The position numbers and the translations under genes are program-made. A stretch of DNA of 61,376 bases, the filler included. It is 7 parts of 7 records of this genome, joined end to end, with 100 filler letters (N's around TTAATTAATTAA, not from the genome) between each part and the next. Parts side by side here need not be neighbours in the genome. Positions count along the whole stretch, not along the records: positions 1 to 20,441 come from DRR723986_770; 6 more parts are not named here. One strand, given 5' to 3'. The notes below the pieces were generated by a model. It saw nothing but the letters and a program-made list of their open reading frames with translations. It did not search any database and was not told the DNA's origin. This document shows positions 1 to 10,312 of this stretch, piece after piece. Position 1 is the stretch's first letter. Each line of letters starts with the position of its first letter.

Positions 1-1794
1 ATCCATCAGCTCGCTCTTAATACCCAGCTCCATGGAGCGCACTTTTTCTTCATCAAAGCCTTCGGCAAAGCCAAAGCCGTAATTCACGCCATCACTGGCC
101 GGCCCCTGATTACCGTCGCGCTGTGGGTCACGGGTATTAAAGCCGCCGCTCTTATAGGCCTCGTTGATTTTACCGTAGATATTCACGGTGTCGCTCAGGT
201 CATACTCGGCCACAAAGCTGAAGGAGTTATCAGTGAAATCCTTTTCCGCTTTTACGTCGTCGAACTGACGAGATGGGTCAGTCGCGTCGATGACGCCGTA
301 GTGAATGTTAAACAAATGGCCGTAAAGACTTACTTTATTGATGTCAGTCTGGTTTTTAATTGCTTTCCTCTCATCGCGAGAATGACGCGCGCCGAAGGTC
401 AGATGGAGTCGATCCTCAAGTATATTGGGTGTCCACGTACCTTGACCGAAAAAGGCCATAGATTGGTTATCCACTTCGTAGTGTTGAGATAAGAAGTTAA
501 CCAAAAAGCCCTTAAACCCTGCGGCATACCAGGGTACCTCTGTTCGCGAACTCATTTGATGATGAAGGGGCGAGTTATCCTCCTCGGCAGACTCGTCAAA
601 GTAGTACAGGCCCACCATGTACTCGAAACGAGAGTCCATAGCGTCACCACTGAGCTGTAGTTCATGCGAGAGCTGCTTCTGTGTCACTACTGGCTTCACC
701 AGTGGCGTTGTACCCTCGGGTCCGGAGTAACTGTGGCTATCCAGCCGGAACTTAGAGCGACCCTTACCGCCTCCAAGGTCTGCATAAGACTCATCAGTCA
801 GTTCGCGATATGCGGCAATATATTTGAGGTCAAAGTCTTCATGCTGATAGGCAAATGTTAAAGCGTGCCCACTTATCTCCGTGGTCGACTCTTCCAGAGG
901 CTTAGTTGTTTTTAAGCTGTCTAAGCGGCTTTCGCTATATACCGTGCGCTTACTGGCGTGACCTTTGATAGGTTCCGCCTGACCTTTATCACCGTTCGGC
1001 GGCGTAATCGCTTGGTACATAGAGTTGTAATACGCGAGGTTGGATTTATCGAAGGCATAATCCATAGTCAGTTGATCACTGAGATCCCAACGCATATCAA
1101 CCCGATAACCCTGAACTTCACGATCGCCAAAGTCGCCACCGGGGCCTTCGTTCTCGACAAAACCACTTTTTTCGGTCGTCATATAGGCCAGTTTGAGCGC
1201 CAGGTTATCTAGCACAGGGATATTGGCCGAGGTTTTTGAGGTGAATAGATCTCGGTCGCCCACTGTGAATTTTTGCTCGAATTCGAAGGCTTCAGTATTT
1301 GGTCGCTTGCTAACCAGGTTGATAGCGCCGCCGGTCGTGTTGCGGCCATAAAGTGTGCCCTGTGGGCCACGCAAAATCTCAATGCGCTCCAGGTCGGCAA
1401 CGTCCAGCGCAGTGCCTGTAGAACGGGCGATGTACACACCGTCCATGTAGATGCCCACCGGCGGGTCTTGGGTGATTTGCGCGTCGGAAATACCAATACC
1501 ACGGATAAAAATACGCAGGGTCGCATTGTTAATGGGGAAGGGTTCAATACTCATGCTCGGCACATTGGCACCGATATCAGCAAGGCTGTTGATGCCCTTA
1601 TTTTCCAGTGCTTGTTGGCCAAACGCGGTTAGCGAAATGGGCGCGTCTTGCAGTGACTCTGCTTTTTTCTGCGCGGTGACAACAACCTCTTCCAATGCGT
1701 AACGCTGGGTGTCGCCGGGTTGTGCCATGGCCATTGGCGCGGCCAGCAATGCCACTAGCGACAGCCACCCCTTATCATTTTCGTTAGATTTCAC
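1..1794 (-). CDS. TonB-dependent outer-membrane receptor (3' end runs off the window)
   Basis: Not in the ORF track. My minus-strand translation from GTG 1794 (RBS GGGAGA; alternative GTG 1800) gives a signal peptide, TonB-box region LEEVVVTAQK and plug motifs VGIYMDGVY and LERIEILRGPQGTLYGRNTTGGAINLVS. The same frame reads ERSMELGIKSEL at the window edge. Confidence 0.93.
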   Translation of the reverse strand, partial: MKSNENDKGWLSLVALLAAPMAMAQPGDTQRYALEEVVVTAQKKAESLQDAPISLTAFGQQALENKGINSLADIGANVPSMSIEPFPINNATLRIFIRGIGISDAQITQDPPVGIYMDGVYIARSTGTALDVADLERIEILRGPQGTLYGRNTTGGAINLVSKRPNTEAFEFEQKFTVGDRDLFTSKTSANIPVLDNLALKLAYMTTEKSGFVENEGPGGDFGDREVQGYRVDMRWDLSDQLTMDYAFDKSNLAYYNSMYQAITPPNGDKGQAEPIKGHASKRTVYSESRLDSLKTTKPLEESTTEISGHALTFAYQHEDFDLKYIAAYRELTDESYADLGGGKGRSKFRLDSHSYSGPEGTTPLVKPVVTQKQLSHELQLSGDAMDSRFEYMVGLYYFDESAEEDNSPLHHQMSSRTEVPWYAAGFKGFLVNFLSQHYEVDNQSMAFFGQGTWTPNILEDRLHLTFGARHSRDERKAIKNQTDINKVSLYGHLFNIHYGVIDATDPSRQFDDVKAEKDFTDNSFSFVAEYDLSDTVNIYGKINEAYKSGGFNTRDPQRDGNQGPASDGVNYGFGFAEGFDEEKVRSMELGIKSELMD

Positions 1795-2172
1795 TTTCAC
1801 TCTCCCTGCCAGTATTTTGTCAGTGGGTTGTTAAACTTCTAATTTTTATGGGTTTTTGCTTTTTCAGCGGCGCACAAGTTAATAATCCGTAACCCTTAAT
1901 GGGATACGTAGTTACCGCAGCGATAATAAAAATGCTGAGTAATAGCAGGCGCTAACAATCGTGAACTAGTGCGAAATAGCTGGCTTCTATCACGAAAAAT
2001 CGGGTTACTGACCTGTAACCGAGTCGTACTCCGCAATAAGAAAACACTTCAGTTAAGGCGAATTCATTAAAAAATATTTTTGCCCGGCTTCGACTGGTTC
2101 AACTATTCAACTCTCATTTACCCCTCCCTGAACCAAAACCTAATGCCAAAATCTGGCATGCCATATTTCAAA

Positions 2173-2204
2173 AGCTATATATATGGAAATTCATATATAT
2201 AGCT
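2173..2204. promoter_or_regulatory. Perfect 13-6-13 inverted repeat, likely ArsR operator
   Basis: AGCTATATATATG-GAAATT-CATATATATAGCT, about 40 nt upstream of the first ars gene. ArsR/SmtB repressors bind AT-rich dyads in their own promoters. Confidence 0.75.
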
Positions 2205-2245
2205 GATAGCATGTGAATCACGTCATTTCTCAGCTTGAGATCACC

Positions 2246-2974
2246 ATGAAAGTACTCTTTCTGTGCACGGGCAATTCCGTGCGCTCGCAAATGGCCGAAG
2301 CGGTGCTTCGCCACCAGGCAGTCGAAGGCATAGAGGTCTTTAGTGCTGGCACTGCGCCGCAGGCCATCGACCCGAGAACGCTGTCCGCCCTCGCCGACGC
2401 CGGGGTGTCCACGGCTGGGCTGTCGTCAAAGCCAGTGGAGAACTTCGCCGATCAGCATTTTGACTATGTCATTACGCTCTGCGACAAAGCGCACAATGCC
2501 TGTCAGCAGTGGCCAGGTGCTGGTGTTGTCATGGCCTGGGATTTTCCAGACCCGAAAGCCAGCGACCAGCCGCAGGCCTTTGCTCACACCCTGCAGGAGA
2601 TCAGTGAACGCATTCGGCTGTTTTTATTGGTGAACAGCAAAACGGTCAGCACACCGCCGCTCAGCCCTGTGGACTTTTTTAAGGCCTTGGCGGATGACAC
2701 CCGATTGCTGTCAATGCTGTTAATTACCGAGCGCGGCGAGCTCTGCGTGTGCGACCTGATGGAAGCGCTTAACGAGTCGCAACCCAAGATCTCCCGCCAT
2801 CTCGCGCAGCTGCGAAAGCGCGGCATTCTTCAGGACCGTCGGCAGGGGCAGTGGGTGTACTACCAACTTCATCCGGCACTGCCTGAGTGGGCCCACGACA
2901 TCCTCAAGGTCACCCTTAGCAACAATACCAACTACCTTAAAAGCCGTCTGGAAGAGCTGTCTTCCCAGTGTTAA
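2246..2974 (+). CDS. Fusion of LMW-PTPase-type arsenate reductase domain (N-term) and ArsR/SmtB repressor (C-term)
   Basis: N-terminal CTGNSVRS P-loop plus TLCDKAHNAC cysteine pair; C-terminal FKALADDTRL...ELCVCDL...SQPKISRHLAQLR...WVYY. ATG 2246 preferred over GTG 2213. Confidence 0.9.
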   Translation: MKVLFLCTGNSVRSQMAEAVLRHQAVEGIEVFSAGTAPQAIDPRTLSALADAGVSTAGLSSKPVENFADQHFDYVITLCDKAHNACQQWPGAGVVMAWDFPDPKASDQPQAFAHTLQEISERIRLFLLVNSKTVSTPPLSPVDFFKALADDTRLLSMLLITERGELCVCDLMEALNESQPKISRHLAQLRKRGILQDRRQGQWVYYQLHPALPEWAHDILKVTLSNNTNYLKSRLEELSSQC

Positions 2975-2990
2975 TTGTCACGAGGCTACT

Positions 2991-3455
2991 ATGAAGATTT
3001 TATATATCTGCACACACAACCGCTGCCGCAGCATCCTCTCCGAGGCGATCACTCGCCACCTTGCCAGCGACCTTATCGAGGCTCGCAGTGCCGGCAGCCA
3101 GCCCGCTGGTGAAGTGCACCCCACCTCACTAAAAGCCCTGCGCGCCGCCGGTATTGATACCAGCGGCCTACAAAGCCAGTCCTGGAACGAGCTGGAGAGC
3201 TTTGCCCCCGACCTGGTGGTTACCGTTTGCGACTCGGCCGCTGGCGAGTCCTGCCCGCTGTGGTTCGGCAAGGCACTGAAAGTGCACTGGGGCCTGAAAG
3301 ACCCGTCGAAACTGACCGGCACAGAGGAAGAGATCGACGCGGCATTCGGCGCCAGCATTGCGCTGATCAGTGAGCGTGTCAAGGCGTTAAAAACCATTGC
3401 CACCCTCGACAAATCTGAATGGGCTGCCGCGTTGGCAGACCTGGGAGCAAAGTAA
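2991..3455 (+). CDS. arsC: Arsenate reductase, thioredoxin-coupled LMW-PTPase type
   Basis: CTHNRCRS P-loop, [12 protein letters not shown] cysteine pair, HWGLKDP; ars operon context. Confidence 0.92.
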   Translation: MKILYICTHNRCRSILSEAITRHLASDLIEARSAGSQPAGEVHPTSLKALRAAGIDTSGLQSQSWNELESFAPDLVVTVCDSAAGESCPLWFGKALKVHWGLKDPSKLTGTEEEIDAAFGASIALISERVKALKTIATLDKSEWAAALADLGAK

Positions 3456-4174
3456 TGAGTCTTGATGATATGTCTCTGCCCAATGTGGATGACAGCCAGT
3501 TCGCCAGCCCGAGCACAGCGCAATTTAACTCGAACTATTCCGGCCACAAACCGCGCTTTCTTCTGCTGTATGGCTCACTGCGCGAGCGCTCCTTTAGCCG
3601 CTTAGTGGTCGAAGAATGCGCGCGACTGCTTAGCCATATGGGCGGCGAAGTGCGTATCTTCAACCCCGAGGGCCTGCCACTGCCTGACGGCGCTGACGAG
3701 AATCATCCCAAGGTAAAAGAATTGCGTGAACTGGCCATCTGGTCGGAGGGACAGGTGTGGTGCTCTCCCGAACGCCACGGCGCGATGACCGGCATTATGA
3801 AGGCGCAGATCGACTGGATTCCCCTGTCGCAGGGCGCAGTGCGGCCCACCCAAGGTAAAACCCTGGCGGTGATGCAGGTGGAAGGTGGCTCTCAGTCTTT
3901 TAATGTGGTGAATCAACTGCGGGTACTGGGCCGCTGGATGCGGATGATCACCATCCCCAACCAGTCATCGGTGGCCAAGGCCTTTCTCGAGTTTGACGAC
4001 AATAACCGCATGAAGCCCTCCAGCTATTACAACCGCATTGTGGATGTCATGGAGGAACTGATGAAGTTCACCCTGCTCACCCGCGATAACAGCGACTACC
4101 TGGTCGATCGCTATTCCGAGCGCGTGGAAAGCGCCGAAAAATTAATGGAACGCGTTAACCAACGCTCTATTTAA
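3455..4174 (+). CDS. arsH: Organoarsenical oxidase ArsH (NADPH-dependent FMN reductase family)
   Basis: [52 protein letters not shown] 3455 overlaps the arsC stop (TAATG). Confidence 0.95.
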   Translation: MSLDDMSLPNVDDSQFASPSTAQFNSNYSGHKPRFLLLYGSLRERSFSRLVVEECARLLSHMGGEVRIFNPEGLPLPDGADENHPKVKELRELAIWSEGQVWCSPERHGAMTGIMKAQIDWIPLSQGAVRPTQGKTLAVMQVEGGSQSFNVVNQLRVLGRWMRMITIPNQSSVAKAFLEFDDNNRMKPSSYYNRIVDVMEELMKFTLLTRDNSDYLVDRYSERVESAEKLMERVNQRSI

Positions 4175-4208
4175 GCCGCAATTAAGCTGTAATAAAGAGA
4201 GAAAAACC

Positions 4209-5228
4209 ATGGGACTTTTTGAGCGCTATCTTTCGCTTTGGGTTGGGCTGTGTATCGCGGCCGGTGTTGTACTGGGCAATACCATCCCCGGGATATTTGC
4301 ACAGGTTGCCGCCCTGGAGCTTGCCCACGTTAACCTGGTGGTGGCGGTGCTGATCTGGCTGATGATCTATCCGATGATGATTCAGATCGACTTCGCCTCG
4401 CTAAAAGACGTGGGTAAAAAACCCAAGGGGCTGCTGCTAACACTCACCATTAACTGGCTTATCAAGCCCTTTACCATGGCCATGCTGGGCTGGCTGTTCT
4501 TCAAGGTGATATTCGCCGACTGGGTAGACCCACAATCTGCTGGCGAGTATATCGCCGGGATGATTTTACTCGGCGTTGCGCCCTGCACCGCGATGGTGTT
4601 TGTCTGGAGCCAGCTCACAAAAGGGGATGCCAACTACACCCTGGTGCAGGTGTCGATCAACGACATTATTATGATCTTCGCTTTCGCACCGATTACCGCG
4701 TTTTTACTTGGCATTAGCGATATTCAAGTGCCCTGGGAAACGCTGCTGCTTTCGGTGGTGCTGTATGTGGTATTGCCGCTGATTGCCGGCGCGATTACCC
4801 GTCACCGCCTGGACAGCGCTAACGACCACAGCCGCCTGAATAACTTTGTTGCCACACTGAAACCCTGGTCAATTATCGGCTTGCTGGCAACCGTGGTGCT
4901 GCTGTTTGGTTTTCAGGCAGAAACCATTATCGCCAAACCCATGGTGATCGCGTTAATCGCTGTTCCCCTGCTCATACAAACCTACGGCATCTTTGCCATC
5001 GCCTACTTTGCCGCCAAGCAATTAAAGTTGCCGCACAATGTCGCCGCCCCCGCCTGCATGATTGGCACCTCCAATTTTTTCGAGTTGGCAGTGGCCGTGG
5101 CGATCTCCCTGTTTGGCCTGCATTCCGGTGCCGCCCTTGCCACAGTGGTTGGGGTGTTAGTAGAAGTGCCGGTAATGCTGTCGCTAGTGTGGTTTGCGAA
5201 TCGCACGCGCCACTGGTTTGCGCACTAA
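4209..5228 (+). CDS. acr3: Arsenite efflux permease, ACR3 family
   Basis: [50 protein letters not shown]; multiple TM segments. Confidence 0.96.
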   Translation: MGLFERYLSLWVGLCIAAGVVLGNTIPGIFAQVAALELAHVNLVVAVLIWLMIYPMMIQIDFASLKDVGKKPKGLLLTLTINWLIKPFTMAMLGWLFFKVIFADWVDPQSAGEYIAGMILLGVAPCTAMVFVWSQLTKGDANYTLVQVSINDIIMIFAFAPITAFLLGISDIQVPWETLLLSVVLYVVLPLIAGAITRHRLDSANDHSRLNNFVATLKPWSIIGLLATVVLLFGFQAETIIAKPMVIALIAVPLLIQTYGIFAIAYFAAKQLKLPHNVAAPACMIGTSNFFELAVAVAISLFGLHSGAALATVVGVLVEVPVMLSLVWFANRTRHWFAH

Positions 5229-5296
5229 GACGACGCGCCTTGCTTGCTGAAAAAACGTGTTAGGGAAACTGAACGGAGAGAAGTAAGCGTGGAATT

Positions 5297-5323
5297 CACC
5301 GGCGGCTATTGCAGCCGCCGGTG
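5297..5323. terminator. GC-rich hairpin between convergent acr3 and thiolase
   Basis: CACCGGCGGCT-ATTGC-AGCCGCCGGTG, perfect 11-bp stem; U-tract weak. Confidence 0.6.
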
Positions 5324-5332
5324 TTGAAAGGC

Positions 5333-6514
5333 TTATACGCGCTCGAAGATAACCGCGATACCCTGACCACCACCAATACACATGGTGACCAGCGCATATT
5401 TACCACCGGTGCGCTGCAGCTCGTAAATCGCCTTAGTGGCGATGAACGCGCCAGAACAACCTACTGGGTGACCCAGTGCAATGGCACCACCGTTGGGGTT
5501 GGTTTTGCTCAAATCCAGATCCAGACCTTTCGCCACTGCCAGGGCTTGTGAAGCAAAGGCTTCGTTGGATTCGATCACGTCCATATCGGCAATCGATAAA
5601 CCGGCCTTGGCCAGCGCTTTAGTCGATGCCGGAATCGGGCCTTCACCCATAATATGGTTGGGCACACCCGCTACCGCATAAGACACCATGCGCGCGATGG
5701 GCTTCTGACCCGCTTTCTCAGCAGCCTGTGCAGAGGCCAGTACCATAAAGGCAGCGCCGTCATTCAGGCCTGAGGCATTGCCAGCGGTTACGGTGCCATC
5801 CTTTTTAAAGGCGGGGCGCAGTTTCGCCAGCGTGTCGACGGTGGTGCCGGGCTTCACGTGCTCGTCGGTATCGAATACCACTTCACCCTTGCGGGTTTTC
5901 AGCGTCACCGGCGCGATTTGCTCTTTGAAGTAACCCGCTTCAATGGCGGCGGCAGCGCGGCGGTGAGACTCGGCGGCAAAGGCGTCTTGCTCTTCGCGGC
6001 TGATCTCCCATTTGTCTGCCAGGTTTTCAGCGGTAATACCCATGTGGCCCACGCCGAAGGGGTCGGTCAACGCCGAGGTCATCGCGTCGAGCATTTCCAC
6101 ATTGCCCATGCGCGCACCGTTGCGCATGGTGGGTGACAAGTAAGCGCTGCGCGACATGACTTCCACACCACCGCCAATACCGTAGTCGCAATCGCCCAAC
6201 ATAATATTTTGAGCAGTGGTAACAATGGCTTGCAGGCCCGAGCTACACAGGCGGTTTACACCCATCGCCACGGAATCCATCGGCAGGCCAGCCTGAATTG
6301 ACGCCACACGCGCCACGTAGGCATAGCGAGAGTCAGTGGGAATACAGTTACCCACTGTCACGTAGTTAATGTTCTGAGGATCAACAGAAGAGCGATCAAT
6401 GGCCGCCTTCATAATCTGGCCGCCCAACTCATGGGGCTCGATACCGCTCAGGCCGCCACCGTAAGTCCCAATGCCCGAACGGGCCGCGCTCAATACAACA
6501 ACATCTTGGGTCAT
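5333..6514 (-). CDS. Acetyl-CoA C-acyltransferase (beta-ketothiolase, BktB-like)
   Basis: NRLCSSGLQA, NEAFA, GGAIALGHP, MCIGGGQG thiolase signatures. Confidence 0.93.
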   Translation of the reverse strand: MTQDVVVLSAARSGIGTYGGGLSGIEPHELGGQIMKAAIDRSSVDPQNINYVTVGNCIPTDSRYAYVARVASIQAGLPMDSVAMGVNRLCSSGLQAIVTTAQNIMLGDCDYGIGGGVEVMSRSAYLSPTMRNGARMGNVEMLDAMTSALTDPFGVGHMGITAENLADKWEISREEQDAFAAESHRRAAAAIEAGYFKEQIAPVTLKTRKGEVVFDTDEHVKPGTTVDTLAKLRPAFKKDGTVTAGNASGLNDGAAFMVLASAQAAEKAGQKPIARMVSYAVAGVPNHIMGEGPIPASTKALAKAGLSIADMDVIESNEAFASQALAVAKGLDLDLSKTNPNGGAIALGHPVGCSGAFIATKAIYELQRTGGKYALVTMCIGGGQGIAVIFERV

Positions 6515-6729
6515 GAAATTCTCTCCTGTTTAGTCAACGGTAGCGTACAGGCCCCACCAGCACTGCGCCAGGGCGTCGCAAGGTAGGCGCTACTATAACG
6601 AGTACCGACATCAATACAATAAACAGAGGAAATCCCTACCATTTATTGTATTTATCTAACTGTGGTGAATACGGCCTACCAACGCCAAGGCCGCTCAGAA
6701 AAACAACAACTTAGGCAATGAGCCAAACG

Positions 6730-7011
6730 CTATTTATCCACACTTTTTTGTAAGGGCAGAAAAAGGGCATCCACCGCTTTTGAATAAAACGCTCTGAATA
6801 GTATTAGGGTAAAGAGTAAAAATCCCACCTCTGGCTTACCCACACTGAAAAAGTAAGCGCAGGACAACGCCAGAACCAGTGATAGCGCCACCGTATAAAA
6901 CCTCCCCACCTCCACCCCGGTCTGACAGCGTGGACAGCGATGTAAGACGCCCACCTTAAAGTCTTGCGGGGCGATGCACGTCTCTTTGCAGTGTGGGCAT
7001 CTTCTTTTCAT
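6730..7011 (-). CDS. Small hypothetical protein: zinc-ribbon-like CxxC...CxxC plus two hydrophobic segments
   Basis: MKRRCPHCKE...HRCPRCQ followed by two apolar stretches. ATG 7011 lies just downstream of the glmS terminator. Confidence 0.6.
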   Translation of the reverse strand: MKRRCPHCKETCIAPQDFKVGVLHRCPRCQTGVEVGRFYTVALSLVLALSCAYFFSVGKPEVGFLLFTLILFRAFYSKAVDALFLPLQKSVDK

Positions 7012-7040
7012 AGCGGCCTGTAAAACACCTAGTGAATATG

Positions 7041-7068
7041 AAAAAGCAGTGTGACTCCAGCCCACTGC
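7041..7068 (-). terminator. Rho-independent terminator after glmS
   Basis: Minus strand GCAGTG-ggctggagtca-CACTGC-TTTTT, about 27 nt after the glmS stop. Confidence 0.6.
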
Positions 7069-7094
7069 ACGGCCGAGAACACCGTTAAGGGCGT

Positions 7095-8924
7095 TTACTC
7101 CACCGTTACCGACTTGGCGAGGTTTCTCGGCTGATCGACATCGGTGCCTTTTAAAATCGCCACGTGGTAGCTCAGCAGTTGCAGGGGAATGGTGTACAAA
7201 ATCGGTGCGACGATATCGCTGACATGGGGCAGCTCAATAATCTGCAAGCTGGGCTCGGGGCTAAAGCCAGCAGCTTTGTCGGCGAATACGAAGAGCTGTC
7301 CGCCGCGCGCCTGCACTTCTTGAAGATTGGATTTCAGCTTTTCCAGCAGCTCGTCGTTAGGGGCCACAGCGATAACCGGCATGTCGCTGTCCACCAGCGC
7401 CAGCGGACCGTGTTTAAGCTCGCCAGCGGGATAACTTTCGGCGTGGATATAGGAAATTTCCTTCAGCTTAAGCGCACCTTCCATCGCCACCGGCCACTGC
7501 GCACCGCGCCCCAGGAATAAGGCGTGGTGCTTGTCGGCAAAGGCTTCTGACATTTGCTGGATCGCTGCATCCAGGGTCAGGGTTTCATCCAGTCGAGCGG
7601 GCAGTTGGTGCAAGGCGGCAACAATGCTTTGCTCTTCCTCTTCGGTGAGGTCGTGGTGGCGACCCAGCGCAACAGTAAGCAGCAACAGTGCCACCAACTG
7701 GGTGGTGAAGGCTTTGGTCGATGCCACACCGATTTCCGGGCCGGCCTCGGTCATTAAATAGAGATCGGACTCGCGTACCAGCGAGCTGAGCGCCACATTG
7801 CAGATGGTGAGGCTGGCGCTGTAACCAAGGGTTTTGGCCAGCCGCAGGGCGGCCAGCGTATCGGCCGTTTCACCGGACTGACTGATGGTGACGAACAGGG
7901 TGTTTTCCTGCACTTTGAATTTGCGGTAGCGAAACTCGCTGGCCACTTCTACCCGGCAGGGCACACCGGCGATGCCTTCGATCCAATACTTGGCGACCAT
8001 GCCCGCGTGATAGCTGGTACCACAGGCCACAATCTGCACCGAGGACACCGACTGTAAAATGTCGTTCGCGCGCGGCCCCATTGCCTCGGCCAGCACTTTT
8101 TTGCTGCCCAGTCGCCCAGCCAGTGAGCGCTGAATAACCGTGGGCTGCTCGTAGATTTCCTTGAGCATGTAGTGGCGGTAATGGCCCTTGTCGGCGGATT
8201 CCGCGGCGGCATCGATCTGGCTGACTTCGCGGGTGACCGGCTCCAGGTCGGCATTCCAAATGCGGTAGTGACCAACGGTCACTTCGGCAATATCGCCCTC
8301 TTCCAGATACACAAAGCGATCGGTCACCTGGCGCAGCGCCAGTTGGTCAGAGGCGATAAAGTTCTCGCCAATACCCATACCAATGACCAGCGGGCTGCCC
8401 TTGCGCGCGCACACCAGTTTGTCGGGTTGGTCGGCGTGGATAACCGCCAGACCATAGGCACCCTCCAACTCCGTTACCGCCAGCTTGACCGCGCCGAGCA
8501 GGTCGCGCTGCTGTTGGTAATAGTGGTGGACCAAATGCACGATGGTTTCCGTGTCGGTGGCCGATAAAAAGGTATAACCCAGCGCTTTGAGTTTGCTGCG
8601 CAGCGCTTCGTGGTTTTCGATAATGCCGTTGTGTACCAGCGACAGCTTGCCGGAATTGTGGGGGTGGGCATTGGCTTCCGAGGGTTCACCGTGGGTGGCC
8701 CAGCGGGTGTGGGCAATGCCAGTGTGGCCCGGCAGCGGCTGCTCGCCCAGCGCCTGTGCCAGCGCCTCGACTTTACCCACACGCTTGCGGCAGTCGTTGT
8801 CGCCATTGGCTGAGATAACCGCCATACCGGCTGAGTCGTAGCCCCGGTATTCGAGGCGACGCAAGCCCTCTAGCAGAATTCCAGCAACTTCTCGTTGGGC
8901 AACAGCACCGACGATTCCACACAT
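7095..8924 (-). CDS. glmS: Glutamine--fructose-6-phosphate aminotransferase
   Basis: [33 protein letters not shown]-terminal [13 protein letters not shown]. Confidence 0.98.
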   Translation of the reverse strand: MCGIVGAVAQREVAGILLEGLRRLEYRGYDSAGMAVISANGDNDCRKRVGKVEALAQALGEQPLPGHTGIAHTRWATHGEPSEANAHPHNSGKLSLVHNGIIENHEALRSKLKALGYTFLSATDTETIVHLVHHYYQQQRDLLGAVKLAVTELEGAYGLAVIHADQPDKLVCARKGSPLVIGMGIGENFIASDQLALRQVTDRFVYLEEGDIAEVTVGHYRIWNADLEPVTREVSQIDAAAESADKGHYRHYMLKEIYEQPTVIQRSLAGRLGSKKVLAEAMGPRANDILQSVSSVQIVACGTSYHAGMVAKYWIEGIAGVPCRVEVASEFRYRKFKVQENTLFVTISQSGETADTLAALRLAKTLGYSASLTICNVALSSLVRESDLYLMTEAGPEIGVASTKAFTTQLVALLLLTVALGRHHDLTEEEEQSIVAALHQLPARLDETLTLDAAIQQMSEAFADKHHALFLGRGAQWPVAMEGALKLKEISYIHAESYPAGELKHGPLALVDSDMPVIAVAPNDELLEKLKSNLQEVQARGGQLFVFADKAAGFSPEPSLQIIELPHVSDIVAPILYTIPLQLLSYHVAILKGTDVDQPRNLAKSVTVE

Positions 8925-8950
8925 ATTCGAGCCCTAATAAATAGTAGCGA

Positions 8951-10312
8951 TCAGGATGTTTTAACGGGCCGCTTCCAGCCCTTGATATTGCGTTGGCGGC
9001 CTCGAGCAACGCCCAGTTCGCCGTCGGCGACATTTCCGGTGATGGTTGAGCCCGCCGCCACCGTCGCGCCCTCGCCCACCGACACCGGCGCGACCAGCGC
9101 GGTATTAGACCCGACAAAGGCGCCATCGCCAATCTCGGTGCGCGACTTGTTCACTCCATCATAGTTGCAGGTAATGGTTCCCGCACCAATATTTACGCCC
9201 GCGCCAAGGCTGGCATCGCCAACATAGCTAAGGTGATTGATTTTGCTGCCCTCACCCACCTGCGCGTTTTTGGTTTCCACAAAATTGCCAATGCGCGCTG
9301 CATCGGCCAGCACAGTGCCTGGGCGCAAACGCGCAAAGGGGCCAATGGTGCACTGCTGACCGACCACCGCATCTTCTAACACCGAGTTGGCCTTGATGAC
9401 CGTACCCGCCGCCACGCGGCTGTTGCTGATCACACAGTTTGGGCCGATCTCGACGCCATCACCCAGCGCGACCTCGCCCTCAAATACGCAGTTCACATCA
9501 ATGCTGACATCCTGACCAATGGTCAGCGCGCCGCGCACATCAATACGTTGGGCGTCGGCCAGAGTCGCGCCATCGGTCATTAACTGCTCGGCGACCAAGC
9601 GCTGGTACTGGCGCTCCAGCGCATTGAGTTGCAGGCGATTGTTCACGCCCTCCACTTCCCACAGCGCCTCGGGCTGAGCCACGTCAACGGCAACTCCCGC
9701 CGCCACCGCCATGGCAATAATATCTGTTAGGTAGTACTCGCCTTGCGCATTGTCGGCGGACAGCGCGGGCAGCCACTCCCGTAAATACTTGGCGGGCAGA
9801 GCCATCATGCCGGTGTTCACTTCCCGAACGGCCAATTGCTCGGGACTGGCATCTTTTTGCTCAACAATAGCCTGCACCGCACCGTCGGTATTGCGAATAA
9901 TGCGGCCATAACCAGTGGGGTCGTCCAGCGTGGCGGTGAGCAACACCAACGTGTCGCGGCAGCGGGCAACCATGGCCTGCAAGGTTTCGGGGCGCACCAG
10001 CGGCACGTCGCCGTAGGTAATTAACACCGTGGCATCCTCGGCTACCGCGGCCAAGCCCTGAGCCACCGCGTGACCCGTGCCCTTCTGCTCCGCCTGTAAG
10101 GCCCACTGTAAGTTGGGGTGCGAAACCCCGGCCTTCACCTGCTCGGCGCCGTGTCCCACCACCACATGAATAGCGGCCGGATCAGTTTGCGCAGCCGCAT
10201 CAATGGCGTGCTGCAACATCGGCTTACCCGCCAATGGGTGCAACACTTTGGGTAAGGCCGAACGCATACGAGTACCCTGACCCGCTGCAAGGATAATGAC
10301 TTCTAAAGACAC
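8951..10312 (-). CDS. glmU: Bifunctional UDP-GlcNAc pyrophosphorylase / GlcN-1-P acetyltransferase
   Basis: ILAAGQGTRMRSALPKVLH, GYGRIIR, hexapeptide repeats, TITCNYDG. GTG 10312 with RBS preferred. Confidence 0.97.
   Translation of the reverse strand: MSLEVIILAAGQGTRMRSALPKVLHPLAGKPMLQHAIDAAAQTDPAAIHVVVGHGAEQVKAGVSHPNLQWALQAEQKGTGHAVAQGLAAVAEDATVLITYGDVPLVRPETLQAMVARCRDTLVLLTATLDDPTGYGRIIRNTDGAVQAIVEQKDASPEQLAVREVNTGMMALPAKYLREWLPALSADNAQGEYYLTDIIAMAVAAGVAVDVAQPEALWEVEGVNNRLQLNALERQYQRLVAEQLMTDGATLADAQRIDVRGALTIGQDVSIDVNCVFEGEVALGDGVEIGPNCVISNSRVAAGTVIKANSVLEDAVVGQQCTIGPFARLRPGTVLADAARIGNFVETKNAQVGEGSKINHLSYVGDASLGAGVNIGAGTITCNYDGVNKSRTEIGDGAFVGSNTALVAPVSVGEGATVAAGSTITGNVADGELGVARGRQRNIKGWKRPVKTS

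Noticed and set aside
301..1702. Short ORF-track ORFs at the window start
   Set aside because: All overlap the TonB-dependent receptor frame, which the track missed because it has no stop inside the window.
2213..7094. ars operon as cargo of a Tn7-like element at glmS
   Set aside because: No tnsABCD genes, terminal repeats or target duplication seen; a thiolase lies between, and the glmS terminator is intact.
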